Part shown: piece after piece, positions 9,117-19,784 of the stretch
How the letters are laid out: the number at the start of each line of letters is the position of its first letter
Position numbering within the stretch: position 1 is the first letter of the stretch
Source of the DNA: an uncultured Thermoanaerobaculia bacterium
Lineage (GTDB): Bacteria > Acidobacteriota > Thermoanaerobaculia > Thermoanaerobaculales > Sulfomarinibacteraceae
Length of the DNA stretch: 64,000 nt
NCBI GenBank assembly: GCA_964440565.1
Contig: CAYTTB010000001.1
Location: forward strand, 29,361-93,360
Reading direction: 5' to 3'
Position numbers and translations under genes: made by a program
The notes under the pieces: generated by a model
Seen by the model: only the letters and a program-made list of their open reading frames with translations
What the model was told of the DNA's origin: nothing
The model's database searches: none

Positions 9117-9139
9117 GTTCCGTCCTCCCTTCGTTGCGC

Positions 9140-9583
9140 TCATCCGGGATACTTCCCCGTGATGTAGTTGACGAGGTCCTGGATGTGGAACCGCTGGTGC
9201 CGTGTCACCCACCGGGTGAGGTCGCCGATGGAGACCAGGCCCACCAGCCGCTCGCCCTCCATCACCGGCAGGTGCCGGCACCGCTTCTCGGTGATCACCG
9301 CCATCGCCTCCTGGACCGTGATCTCGGGCGAGACGCAGACGACATCGCGGGTCATCACCTCGGCCACCGGGGTGGTCGCGGGATCGCGACCCGCGTCCAC
9401 CACCCGGCGGAGCACGTCGCGCTCGGTGAAGATCCCCACCGGCCGGTCGCCGTCCGTCACCAGCACCGCCCCCACCCGGTGGCGGTTCATCGCCCGCACC
9501 GCGTCGAGCACGGTGGTCTCCGGCGGTACCCGGTACACCTCGGAACCCTTCTCCGCGAGCACCTGACGGAGGTGGTTCAGCAT
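9140..9583 (-). CDS. CBS-pair domain protein
   Basis: Tail of ORF 9140..9685 from the ATG at 9583 (147 aa), preceded by GGAGGGAGG. Two CBS repeats are visible (VLDAVRAMNRHRVGAVLV and VQEAMAVITEKRCRHLPV). Confidence 0.8.
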   Translation of the reverse strand: MLNHLRQVLAEKGSEVYRVPPETTVLDAVRAMNRHRVGAVLVTDGDRPVGIFTERDVLRRVVDAGRDPATTPVAEVMTRDVVCVSPEITVQEAMAVITEKRCRHLPVMEGERLVGLVSIGDLTRWVTRHQRFHIQDLVNYITGKYPG

Positions 9584-9701
9584 CGTGCCTCCCTCCACGG
9601 CCGCTTCCCTGTGCGGAACGCCCCTCCATTGTAACCGCAACCCGACGACGCGAGCGGCGGCCCGGGGGCCGCCGCCGCTCGTCACGCCGCGCCGGGCGCC
9701 G

Positions 9702-11969
<2,268 letters not shown>

Positions 11970-12063
11970 CGTCCCCTCCTGCCGGACGTTCCGGCCCCGG
12001 CCGGGGAGAGCTCCCGCCGGGGCCGTGTCGTCATCCTCTCACAGATCGCGAAACGTCTCCGCT

Positions 12064-12079
12064 TGAGAAACGTTTCACA
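12064..12079 (-). promoter_or_regulatory. CRP-family-like palindrome TGTGAAACGTTTCTCA upstream of maeB
   Basis: The minus strand reads TGTGA-N6-TCTCA against the CRP consensus TGTGA-N6-TCACA. It sits in an AT-richer 118-bp gap between ddl and maeB, centred about 102 nt before the maeB ATG. A further GAAACGT copy lies 17 bp away. Confidence 0.3.
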
Positions 12080-12087
12080 AGCGCACT

Positions 12088-13149
12088 CTACTCCCCGGGC
12101 TCGGGGCCGTCAAGGCGGCCGCGCGCGTGGCGCTCGAGCGCCAGGCCGAGCAGCCGGTCCACGAGCTCCGGGTAGGCCAGCCCCTCGAGCTCCCACAGGC
12201 GCGGGAACATCGAGATCGGGGTGAACCCGGGAATGGTGTTGACCTCGTTGACCAGGAAGGCACCGGTGCCGCGCTCCAGGAACAGGTCCACCCGCGCCAT
12301 CCCCTCGCAGCCCAGCACCCGGTACGCCGCCAGCGCCAGCTCCCGCGCCCGCTCCGCCTGGGCGGGCTCCAGCGGCGCCGGCGCCAGCAGCTGGCAGGCG
12401 TCGTCGAGGTACTTGTCGGCGTAGTCGTAGAACTCGTGCCCCGGCACCACCTCGCCCGGAACCGCCGCCGCGGGCTCCTCGTTGCCCAGCACCGCCACCT
12501 CGATCTCGCGCGCGTCCACCCCGCGCTCCACCACCGCCAGCCGGCCGTGAGCGAGCGCGGCCTCGATGGCCGCCGGGAGCTCCTCGGGCGCGTGCACCTT
12601 GGAGATCCCCACCGACGACCCGAGGCGGGCCGGCTTGACGAACAGGGGCAGCGGCAGCTGCTGGCAGGCGGCGAGCGCCGCGTCCGGGTCCTCCTCCCAC
12701 CGCCACGCCGGGACCTCCACCCACTCGGTCACGGGCAGCCCCGCCTGCTCGAGCAGCCGCTTGGCGAGCGCCTTGTCCATGCACACCGCCGAGGCCGCCA
12801 CGCCGCACCCCACGTAGGGCAGGTCCAGCACCTCGAACAGGCCCTGGACCGTGCCGTCCTCGCCGAAGGGGCCGTGGAGGACCGGGAACGCCACCTCCAG
12901 CGAGCCGTCCAGCAGCCGCGGCGCCAGCGCGGCCTCTCCCCGGAACGCCACCACCCGGTCCGGCCTGTCGCCGGAGCGCTCCAGCACCTCGCGCGACGTC
13001 GCCGCATCGGCCCACAGGCCCCGCCGGTCGATGGCCAGGGGCACCACCTCGTGCCCGCGTTCGGCCAGCGCCGCCGCGACGGCGCGGGCCGAGACCACGC
13101 TCACCTCGTGCTCGCCGGAGCGGCCACCGAAGACGAGCCCGACCCGCAT
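12088..13149 (-). CDS. ddl: D-alanine--D-alanine ligase
   Basis: ORF 12088..13149, 353 aa. The N-terminus is MRVGLVFGGRSGEHEVSVVSA, and ATP-grasp motifs LFVKPARLGSSVGISKV and EVNTIPGFT are present. Confidence 0.92.
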   Translation of the reverse strand: MRVGLVFGGRSGEHEVSVVSARAVAAALAERGHEVVPLAIDRRGLWADAATSREVLERSGDRPDRVVAFRGEAALAPRLLDGSLEVAFPVLHGPFGEDGTVQGLFEVLDLPYVGCGVAASAVCMDKALAKRLLEQAGLPVTEWVEVPAWRWEEDPDAALAACQQLPLPLFVKPARLGSSVGISKVHAPEELPAAIEAALAHGRLAVVERGVDAREIEVAVLGNEEPAAAVPGEVVPGHEFYDYADKYLDDACQLLAPAPLEPAQAERARELALAAYRVLGCEGMARVDLFLERGTGAFLVNEVNTIPGFTPISMFPRLWELEGLAYPELVDRLLGLALERHARGRLDGPEPGE

Positions 13150-13150
13150 C

Positions 13151-13474
13151 TCAGTCGGTGGTGGGCCCGCCGAACAGCGCCCCCACCAGGCGCCTGAGGG
13201 TCCCCGGCTCGGACCCGGCGATCACCTTCTCCACCTCGCCCCTGTCGAAGAACATCCCGCCGCAGGCGAAGCAGGCGTCCACCATCACCCCCCGGTACTC
13301 CACCTCCTCGAGCTCCAGCCCGCACTTGGGACACCGCATCCAGTGGAGCTCCCGGAGCCGCTGCCGCTCGGCCTCCGCCATCTTTCGGGCGTGTTCCTCG
13401 CGCATCCGGCGCAGGCGCTCCAGCTCCTGGCGCTTGAAGAACTCCTCCTCCTTCTCGCTCGGTTTCTGGATCAT
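13151..13474 (-). CDS. Zinc-ribbon protein with coiled-coil N-terminus (zf-TFIIB-like)
   Basis: ORF 13151..13474, 107 aa. A charged coiled-coil half is followed by CPKC...CFAC and FFDRGE. GGGAGG lies upstream. The stop is 1 nt from the ddl start. Confidence 0.7.
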   Translation of the reverse strand: MIQKPSEKEEEFFKRQELERLRRMREEHARKMAEAERQRLRELHWMRCPKCGLELEEVEYRGVMVDACFACGGMFFDRGEVEKVIAGSEPGTLRRLVGALFGGPTTD

Positions 13475-13512
13475 CGGCTGCCTCCCGCGGTGATTCTACC
13501 GGAGGGTGGCGG

Positions 13513-14709
13513 GTGGGATACGATCTCCCCGTGACGCGGGTGCGCACCGGCCTCGACCGCCTGGTGGCCGATCCGGTCCTCCTGGCCGGGCGGCGGTGGG
13601 CGCTGCTCGCCAACCAGGCCGCGGTGACCGCGGGGCTCGAGCCCGCCCGGGCCGCGCTCGCCGCCGTGGCGGGCCCTCCCGAGGTCCTCTTCGCCCCCGA
13701 GCACGGCCTCGACGGGGTGGCGCAGGACATGGAGGCGGTCGCCGACGAGGCCGACCCCCTCACCGGGGTGCCGGTGCGCTCGCTGTACGGGAGCGACGCG
13801 GGGAGCCTCGCCCCCGAACCCGGCGAGCTCGAGGGGCTCGACGTCCTGGTGGTGGACCTGCCCGACATCGGGAGCCGGTACTACACCTTCGCCGCCACGA
13901 TGGACCTGGCCATGGGCGCGGCGTCCGCGGCCGGGGTGGAGGTGCTGGTGCTCGACCGGCCGAACCCGATCACCGGGCGCCACCGCGAGGGCGGGCTGGT
14001 GCGGGAGGGGTTCGCCTCGTTCGTGGGGCGGGTCCCGGTCCCGGCGCGGCACGGCCTCACCCTGGGCGAGATCGCCCTCCTCCTGCACCGCGAGCGCCAC
14101 TCCGGCCTCGACCTCACCGTCCTCGCCTGCGAGGGGTGGCGGCGGGGGATGTGGTGGGAGGCGACGGGGCTGCCCTGGGTGCCGCCGAGCCCCAACATGC
14201 CGACGCCCGAGACCGCGCTGCTGTACCCGGGGCTGTGCCTGGTGGAGGGGACCGAGCTCTCCGAGGGGCGCGGCACCACCCGGCCGTTCCACCTGGTGGG
14301 GGCGCCGGGGATCGACCCGTTCCGCCTCGTGGAGGCGCTGCGGGACCTCGGTCTGCCCGGTGCCGGGTTCCGGCCCGCGCGGTTCCGGCCGATGTTCGGC
14401 AAGCACGCGGGGCGGGTGTGCGGCGGGGTCGAGCTCTTCGTGCTCCACCGCGAGGCGATCCGGCCGGTGGAGCTGGGCCTGCGGCTGCTGGCCACGATCC
14501 ACGACCTGTTCCCCGAGGCGTTTCGCTGGCGGGAGCGGCCGTACGAGTTCGTCGCCGACGTCCCCGCCATCGACCTCCTCACCGGCTCGGACGAGGCGCG
14601 CCGCCGCATCGACGCGGGCGAGCCGCTGGAGCCGCTGCTCGCGGCCTGGCGCGAGGAGGTCGCCGCCTTCGAGTCCCGCCTCGAGGGGGTGCTGCTCTAC
14701 CGGAAGTGA
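13513..14709 (+). CDS. DUF1343 family protein (exo-beta-N-acetylmuramidase NamZ family)
   Basis: ORF 13513..14709 with a GTG start after GGAGGGTGG. Motifs LFAPEHG, LVVDLPDIGSRYYTF and LDRPNPITG are present. Confidence 0.8.
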   Translation: MGYDLPVTRVRTGLDRLVADPVLLAGRRWALLANQAAVTAGLEPARAALAAVAGPPEVLFAPEHGLDGVAQDMEAVADEADPLTGVPVRSLYGSDAGSLAPEPGELEGLDVLVVDLPDIGSRYYTFAATMDLAMGAASAAGVEVLVLDRPNPITGRHREGGLVREGFASFVGRVPVPARHGLTLGEIALLLHRERHSGLDLTVLACEGWRRGMWWEATGLPWVPPSPNMPTPETALLYPGLCLVEGTELSEGRGTTRPFHLVGAPGIDPFRLVEALRDLGLPGAGFRPARFRPMFGKHAGRVCGGVELFVLHREAIRPVELGLRLLATIHDLFPEAFRWRERPYEFVADVPAIDLLTGSDEARRRIDAGEPLEPLLAAWREEVAAFESRLEGVLLYRK

Positions 14710-14717
14710 GGGCGGGG

Positions 14718-14813
14718 CTCACCGCAACCGGCGCAGCCGCCGGACCTCCTCCACGATGCGGGCGGCCGCCCGGTCCACCTCGGCCCCGGTGGTGAACCGG
14801 CCGACGGCGAGGC
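14718..14813 (-). pseudogene. Orphan 3' fragment (last ~31 codons plus stop) of a cysteine desulfurase gene
   Basis: By hand alignment, 90/96 nt are identical to 15952..16047. It would encode ...LAVGRFTTGAEVDRAAARIVEEVRRLRRLR*, against ...LAVGRFTTEAEVDRAAARIVEEVRRLRRLG* in the intact gene. It lies 9 nt from the DUF1343 stop. Confidence 0.7.
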
Positions 14814-14996
14814 CCGGAGCCCGGCGCACGGGCGATCCGCCGCCGACACGGTGGGGGGACGACGCGGGCCGGGCCCCGCTCCGTGGCAGGTGCAGGGGCC
14901 CTCACGGCGAGACCTCTTCGCGTCCGGGCATGAGCGGCGCGGGTCGAGCGAGGTCGGCGTCGCATCCGCCGGGCCGTCGCCGCCCCCGGAGCGCGC

Positions 14997-15035
14997 GGGG
15001 GTTGACACCGGGTGGGGGGGGTTGACCTGCGGTGG
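14997..15035 (+). repeat. Tandem 20-bp direct repeat containing TTGAC (possible operator or promoter element)
   Basis: GGGGGTTGACACCGGGTGG (14997-15015) is followed by GGGGGTTGACCTGCGGTGG (15017-15035). The pair ends 27 nt upstream of the ATG at 15062. Confidence 0.6.
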
Positions 15036-15061
15036 TGAACACGGCCGGAAGGAGGTCTACC

Positions 15062-15427
15062 ATGAGGCGAGGGATCGGGGTGATGGTCGTCGCCGCGCTG
15101 GCGTTGGCGATGACGCGTGCGGGAGCCTCAAGGGCTCAGGAGCTTCCGCACCTGCGGAACCTTGCGGTCGGGGTCTGGCAGCTGGGTGACGGAGGCGGAT
15201 ACGTGGTCGTCGGCGTCGAGGGCCACCGCTGGCTCCTCGAGCACCTTCGCCTCGAGCGGAGCAGGGCAGCGGCCGCGTGCGAGGACGGAGCGCGTGCGTC
15301 CTGCGCGGGCCAGGTCGCATCGTCCGAGCGCGGACGCGGCCGCGCCGGTCACCGGCTCCGCGGACTGCCGGTAGGCGTCCCCGGTGCGGACCGCGCACCC
15401 GGGGGCGAGGCAAGGAGGCGGCCATGA
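15062..15427 (+). CDS. Hypothetical secreted protein
   Basis: The in-frame ATG at 15062 is preceded by GGAAGGAGG. The signal peptide is MRRGIGVMVVAALALAMTRAGASRAQE. The C-terminal half is Arg/Gly-rich and of low complexity. The stop overlaps the next ATG (ATGA). Confidence 0.4.
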   Translation: MRRGIGVMVVAALALAMTRAGASRAQELPHLRNLAVGVWQLGDGGGYVVVGVEGHRWLLEHLRLERSRAAAACEDGARASCAGQVASSERGRGRAGHRLRGLPVGVPGADRAPGGEARRRP

Positions 15428-15822
15428 GACCGGGGGCACGCTGGTGGGTGGTCGGGCTCGCGGTGGTCGGGCCCGCGCTGATGATGGCAGGTTGCAACGA
15501 CTCCGAGCTGCCCACGGAGCCGGAGGCGCCCACCGCCCAGGTCACGGTGGGGGTGGAGGCGACCTGCGCGGGGGTGGTGCCCGGGGTGGACGTGCTGCTC
15601 GACGGGGAGCCCGTGGGTCACGTCCGTGCGGGGGACACCCTCGCCTTCGTGGTCACGGGCGCGGGCGAGCACGAGCTGCTGCTGCGCGCCGCCGACGGGC
15701 GCGAGTGGAGGGTGACCCTCGGCATGATCGCCGCCGGCGGCGGCGGCGGGAGGCGGTCCGGCTTCTGGGTGAGCCTCGCCTGCACCGCCTCCGGCGCACG
15801 GGTCACCGTGAGCGAGGTCTGA
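15424..15822 (+). CDS. Lipoprotein with PEGA-like beta domain
   Basis: The in-frame ATG at 15424 is preceded by AAGGAGG. The lipobox is LMMAGC. VDVLLDGEPVGHVRAGDTLAFVVTGAGEHELLL resembles a PEGA domain. Confidence 0.65.
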   Translation: MRPGARWWVVGLAVVGPALMMAGCNDSELPTEPEAPTAQVTVGVEATCAGVVPGVDVLLDGEPVGHVRAGDTLAFVVTGAGEHELLLRAADGREWRVTLGMIAAGGGGGRRSGFWVSLACTASGARVTVSEV

Positions 15823-15951
15823 CCGGCGCCCGCCGGCGCGGCGTCGGGCGGCTCGCGGGGCGGGAGGGTCGCCGGCGGTCGCGGCGCCCGCGGACCGGCG
15901 AGGGTACCCAGGCGTCACGTGCCCGGCGGGGACCGCCCGCCGCCAGCCGGC

Positions 15952-16047
15952 CTCACCCGAGCCGGCGCAGCCGCCGGACCTCCTCCACGATGCGGGCGGC
16001 CGCCCGGTCCACCTCGGCCTCGGTGGTGAAGCGGCCCACGGCGAGGC
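15952..16047 (-). repeat. Direct-repeat partner of 14718..14813 (functional 3' end of the cysteine desulfurase gene)
   Basis: See 14718..14813. The two copies are 1234 bp apart in the same orientation. Confidence 0.7.
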
Positions 16048-17110
16048 GCAGCGAGGCGCGGGCGAGGTCCGGGGGGAGCCCCATCGCCCGCAGCACCGGT
16101 GACGGCTCGGGGCTTCCCGCCGAGCAGGCGGCGCCGGAGCTCACCGCGAGGTCGGGGAGCGAGGCGAGCAGGGCCTCGCCGTCGACCCCCTCGAAGGCGA
16201 GGTTGGTGACGCCGGGCAGGCGCGCCCCGGGGTCTCCGGAGACGCTGACGCCGTCGAGCTCGCCGAGGATCGCGCCCTCGAGACGGTCGCGCAGCCGCGC
16301 GAGGCGGGCCGCCTCCTCGGCACGCGCCGCCACCGCCAGCTCCACCGCGACCGCGAAGCCCACGATGCCGGGGACGTTGAGCGTCCCCGGGCGCAGCCCC
16401 CCCTCCTGGCCGCCGCCGTCGAGCAGCGGCTCGGGCCGCACCGCGAGACCGCGCCGGATCCAGAGCGCCCCCACCCCCTTCGGCCCGTACAGCTTGTGCG
16501 CCGACAGCGCCACCGTGTCGGCACCGAGGGCGTCCAGCTCGAGCGGGACCTTCCCCGCCGCCTGGGCGGCGTCGCAGTGCAGCAGCGCCCCGTGCCGGTG
16601 GGCGAGCTCCGCCGCCTCCCGCACCGGCTGCAGCGTGCCGGTCTCGTTGTTGGCGGCCATCAGCGCCGCCAGCACGGCGCCGTCGGCGAGCGCCGCCTCG
16701 AGCTCGTCGAGGCGGACCCGGCCGCGCCGGTCCACCCCCACCACGGTGAGCTCGAACCCCTCGCGGGCGAGGCGCCGCAGCGGCTCCAGCACCGAGGCGT
16801 GCTCGGTGGCCTGGGTCACGATGCGGCGCCCCCGCGCGGCGAGGGCGCGGGCGAGCCCCTTGAGGGCGAGGTTGTTGGCCTCGGTGGCCCCGGAGGTGAA
16901 CACGATCTCGCTGGCGGCGCCGGCGCCGAGCGCGCGGGCGATCCGCCGGCGCGCGTCCTCCACCGCCAGCGCCGCGTCGCGGCCGGGGCGGTGGGTGCGG
17001 CTCGAGGGGTTGGCGAACCGCTCGCCGAAGTACGGCAGCATCGCCTCCACCACCCGCGGGTCGCACGGGGTGGTGGCCGCGTGGTCCAGGTAGATCGGCC
17101 CGTTCTCCAC
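15953..17110 (-). CDS. Cysteine desulfurase (NifS/IscS family, class V aminotransferase)
   Basis: Tail of ORF 15953..17356. The GTG at 17110 gives (M)ENGPIYLDHAATTP. The PLP-Lys motif SAHKLYGPKG and the active-site motif SSGAACS are present. Confidence 0.88.
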   Translation of the reverse strand: MENGPIYLDHAATTPCDPRVVEAMLPYFGERFANPSSRTHRPGRDAALAVEDARRRIARALGAGAASEIVFTSGATEANNLALKGLARALAARGRRIVTQATEHASVLEPLRRLAREGFELTVVGVDRRGRVRLDELEAALADGAVLAALMAANNETGTLQPVREAAELAHRHGALLHCDAAQAAGKVPLELDALGADTVALSAHKLYGPKGVGALWIRRGLAVRPEPLLDGGGQEGGLRPGTLNVPGIVGFAVAVELAVAARAEEAARLARLRDRLEGAILGELDGVSVSGDPGARLPGVTNLAFEGVDGEALLASLPDLAVSSGAACSAGSPEPSPVLRAMGLPPDLARASLRLAVGRFTTEAEVDRAAARIVEEVRRLRRLG

Positions 17111-17144
17111 GTCCGCGATTCTACGGCCTTCCCCGGCCCGTGGG

Positions 17145-19179
17145 GTGACCTCCCGCCGTGGTACAACGGTGCCCGTGCACGGGAGTGCGGACGGCGCCGG
17201 GGCCTCGCCGCGCCGGTGGCCGTGGGTGGTGGGCGTCGTGCTGCTCGCCCTCGCCCTGCGGCTGTGCGGTGTGGGGGCGCTGTCGCCGTGGCTCGACGAG
17301 GTGTTCCAGCTCGAGCGCGTCGCGGCGCCCATCGCCGGGCTCTGGCGGGGGAGCACGGCGTTCCCCGATCACCCACCGGGCTCGGCGCTGCTGATGCGGG
17401 CCCTCGCGACGCTGGGCGCCGGCGAGGCCCAGCTGCGCGTCGCCTCGGTGGCGGCCGCCGTGGCGGCGCTTCCCTTGCTCATGATCTGGGTGGAGGCGCG
17501 TTTCGACCGGCGCGTGGCCGCCCTCGTGGGCGTCCTGGGTGCGGTCTCGCCCTACCACCTGCGCTACTCGCAGGAGCTGCGACCGTACCCGTACCTGCTG
17601 CTCGCCGCCGCGGCGACGCTGGTGCTCGCGGACCGCCTGCTTCGGGGGCGGGGCGGCAGATGGACCGTTCCGGGCCTCGCGGCGGCCTTCGCCGGCGGCC
17701 TCTGGACCCACGACACCTTCCCTGTGGTCGTGGTACCCATCGCGGCCGCGGCGTGTGCGCGCCGAGGGGAGCTGGCACCCGGGTGGCCGCGCCGGCTGGC
17801 GGCGAGCGGGGCGCTCGCCCTCGCGCTCTACCTCCCGCTGCTGCCCCGCCTCGTGCGGCAGGCAGCCGCCGCGTCGTCGCCCACGGCCGAGACGTGGGGT
17901 TGGTGGTTTCTCTCCCGACGCTGGGCTTTCCTGACCGTGGCGGGCCGCGAGGGGATCCCGTCCGGCTGGGGTGCCGCCGCCTTCGCGGCAGCGGCGGCGC
18001 TCGGCGCGGGCGTGGCGGCGGCCCGGTGGCGACGGGGGGGGGCTCGAGGTGCTCACAGGCCTCCTCGCCGGGATCGCCGGGGTGGAGAGCGTCTTCCACT
18101 TCGTCTTCCGGCGCTGGACGGCGGGCCGCTACGACATCGTGGGCTGGCCGTTCCTGGTGATCCTCGTGGCGCTCGGCGTGGACGCCCTCTGGCGCCGGGC
18201 GCGCGCCGCGGGGGCGCTGGCCGCGACGGCACTGGTGACCTCGAGCCTCGTGGGCGTCGTCGCCTACTGGAACGAAGGGCGCCCGCGGTGGGACCGGATG
18301 GCGGAGGCAGTGAGGGCGGTCCGGCGCGCGGGCGAGCCGGTGCTCGCGGAGAGCCTGTTCTGCGAGCGACCGCTCTCCCGCCTGCTCGCCGGCGACGGCG
18401 TGGAGGTGATCCGGCTCGACGGCGACCTCGGGCGCCTGTGGCGGGTGTGGCCGCGGGACCGCTCCGCACTCCTGGTGCGGTGTGGGGATCCCCAGTCGGC
18501 GCCCCTGCGCCGCGTCGCGGCCCGGCTGCCGCGGATCGTGGCGCACGCCCCGCATGGGTGGCTGTACCGGCTGCCGCCGCGCTCGTGGGCGCGGCGTCGC
18601 TCGGATGGCTCGATCGGCGTGGCCGGCGCCTCCCCCGCCGGCGCGTGGCCGGAGCCGAGCCTTTCGCTCCTCCCGGTCCGGGTGGCGTGCCCCGAGGCGT
18701 TCTGCCTCGGCCGGTGGCTCGCCCGACCCCGCCCGAGCCCGGTCGAGGTTCCCGCGAGGCTCGAGTTCGACGGTCCCGAGACGCGACGCGCCCTGCTGGG
18801 GGCCTGGGGCGGGGACGAGCGGACGCGCGACGGCACCACCTTCGCCTGGGCGACCTCGCTGGAGGTCGGCGTGGCGTTCCACATCGCCCGGCCGCGTCCG
18901 CTGCACCTCGCCCTCAGACTGTGGCCGTACGCCGGGACGCTCCCCGGCCAGGCGGTGCGGGGCCTGGTGGGCGGCCACGAGCTGGGATGGGTGCGCCTCG
19001 GAGCAGGAGCGCACGAGCTGGGCGCGCCCATCCCGGCGGGCGCGCTGCGGCCGGGCACCAACCTGCTCGTTCTCCAGTTCGCGCGGGCGGTGGCCCCGGC
19101 CGAGGTGCGTCCGGGATCGCGCGACCGCCGGCCGCTCGCCGCCGCCCTCGACTGGATCGAGATCGCCCCCGCGGAGTGA
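17145..19179 (+). pseudogene. GT-C fold membrane glycosyltransferase (family 39 / ArnT-PMT-like) split by a frameshift at a G9 tract
   Basis: The N-terminal polytopic part reads in the frame of ORF 17145 (LDEVFQLE loop motif, many TM helices) up to about 18033. The sensible sequence continues in the frame of ORF 17971 (LEVLTGLLAGIAGVESVFHFVF... to DRRPLAAALDWIEIAPAE*). Each frame becomes Arg/Gly/Pro junk on the other side of the tract. Confidence 0.7.
18034..18042 (+). repeat. G9 homopolymer at the frameshift point
   Basis: The sequence reads gac ggggggggg ctc. An 8-G version would join the two frames into one ORF of about 677 aa. Confidence 0.9.
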
Positions 19180-19188
19180 GCGCCGGCG
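19124..19188 (+). repeat. 65-bp perfect direct repeat, copy 1 (3' end plus stop of the glycosyltransferase gene)
   Basis: Identical to 20571..20635 at an offset of 1447 bp. Identity extends to 19117 with one mismatch. It includes the TGA at 19177-19179 and 9 nt beyond. Confidence 0.9.
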
Positions 19189-19491
19189 GGCGGGCGGACG
19201 GCCCCGTGGGGAGGTGGCGAAGCGTACCACGTCGTGGCTGGTCGGGGCGGGGATCGACACGGACGGAGGGACCCACGGTCGCGTCACACCTCCGCGACCC
19301 ACCTGTACGCCGCCGTCTCCGAGCTGCTTGTGGTCGAGCGGCGGGACATCTCCACCACGGAGACCATCCCCACCCGGTGGATCGAGCCCGTGACGAGGCC
19401 TTCGAGCGGCCCTGGCGGTCCGCCGGCCCCGGGGGCACGGCGGTCCTCCGGGGCCGCGTTCCTGTTCCGGGTCGCGCCACGGATGGTTCGA

Positions 19492-19520
19492 TGGACACGC
19501 GCGGCACGTGGTGATACACT
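19492..19520 (+). promoter_or_regulatory. Putative sigma70-type promoter of the antitoxin/toxin pair
   Basis: TGGACA (19492-19497), a 17-nt spacer, then TACACT (19515-19520) preceded by TG. The region is locally AT-richer. GGAGGT lies 6 nt before the ATG at 19557. Confidence 0.4.
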
Positions 19521-19556
19521 GTACTTACGAGAGACGCCGATGCCGGAGGTGTCGTC

Positions 19557-19784
19557 ATGGTCAAGCGCCTGACGAGGCACGGGAACAGCCTGGCGCTCGT
19601 CATCGACCGGCCGATACTGGAGCTGCTCAAGATCGACGCCGACACGCCGCTCGAGATCTCCACGGACGGGCGGGTCCTGATCGTCTCTCCGGTCCGTGAC
19701 GCCGAGGACCGGAAGAGGCTCGAGAAGGCCCTGGAGAAGGTGAACCGGAGATACGGTCGTGCCCTCGAGCGCCTCGCACAGTGA
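19557..19784 (+). CDS. AbrB/MazE/SpoVT-fold antitoxin
   Basis: ORF 19557..19784, 75 aa. The motif RHGNSLALVIDRPILELLKIDADTPLEISTDGRVLIVSP is a swapped-hairpin barrel signature. The ORF lies immediately upstream of, and overlaps, doc. Confidence 0.8.
   Translation: MVKRLTRHGNSLALVIDRPILELLKIDADTPLEISTDGRVLIVSPVRDAEDRKRLEKALEKVNRRYGRALERLAQ

Noticed and set aside
14814-15951. Integron cassette or IS/MITE interpretation of the two islets
   Set aside because: I saw no attC-like imperfect inverted repeat with a GTTRRRY core, no terminal inverted repeats and no transposase. The flanking repeats are direct copies of host gene 3' ends instead.
18043-19514. Continuation of the 17145 frame as a single 789-aa ORF
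   Set aside because: After the G9 tract this frame becomes Arg/Gly/Pro-rich nonsense. The +1 frame carries TM helices and a coherent soluble domain, so a frameshift fits better than one long ORF.
19189-19556. ORFs in the left arm of the TA islet (19234..19572 plus, 19284..19826 minus)
   Set aside because: They have no recognisable domain, no SD and odd composition. The minus ORF runs antisense through the antitoxin. I looked for integrase or transposase remnants and could not see any, but a BLASTX would be needed to exclude them.
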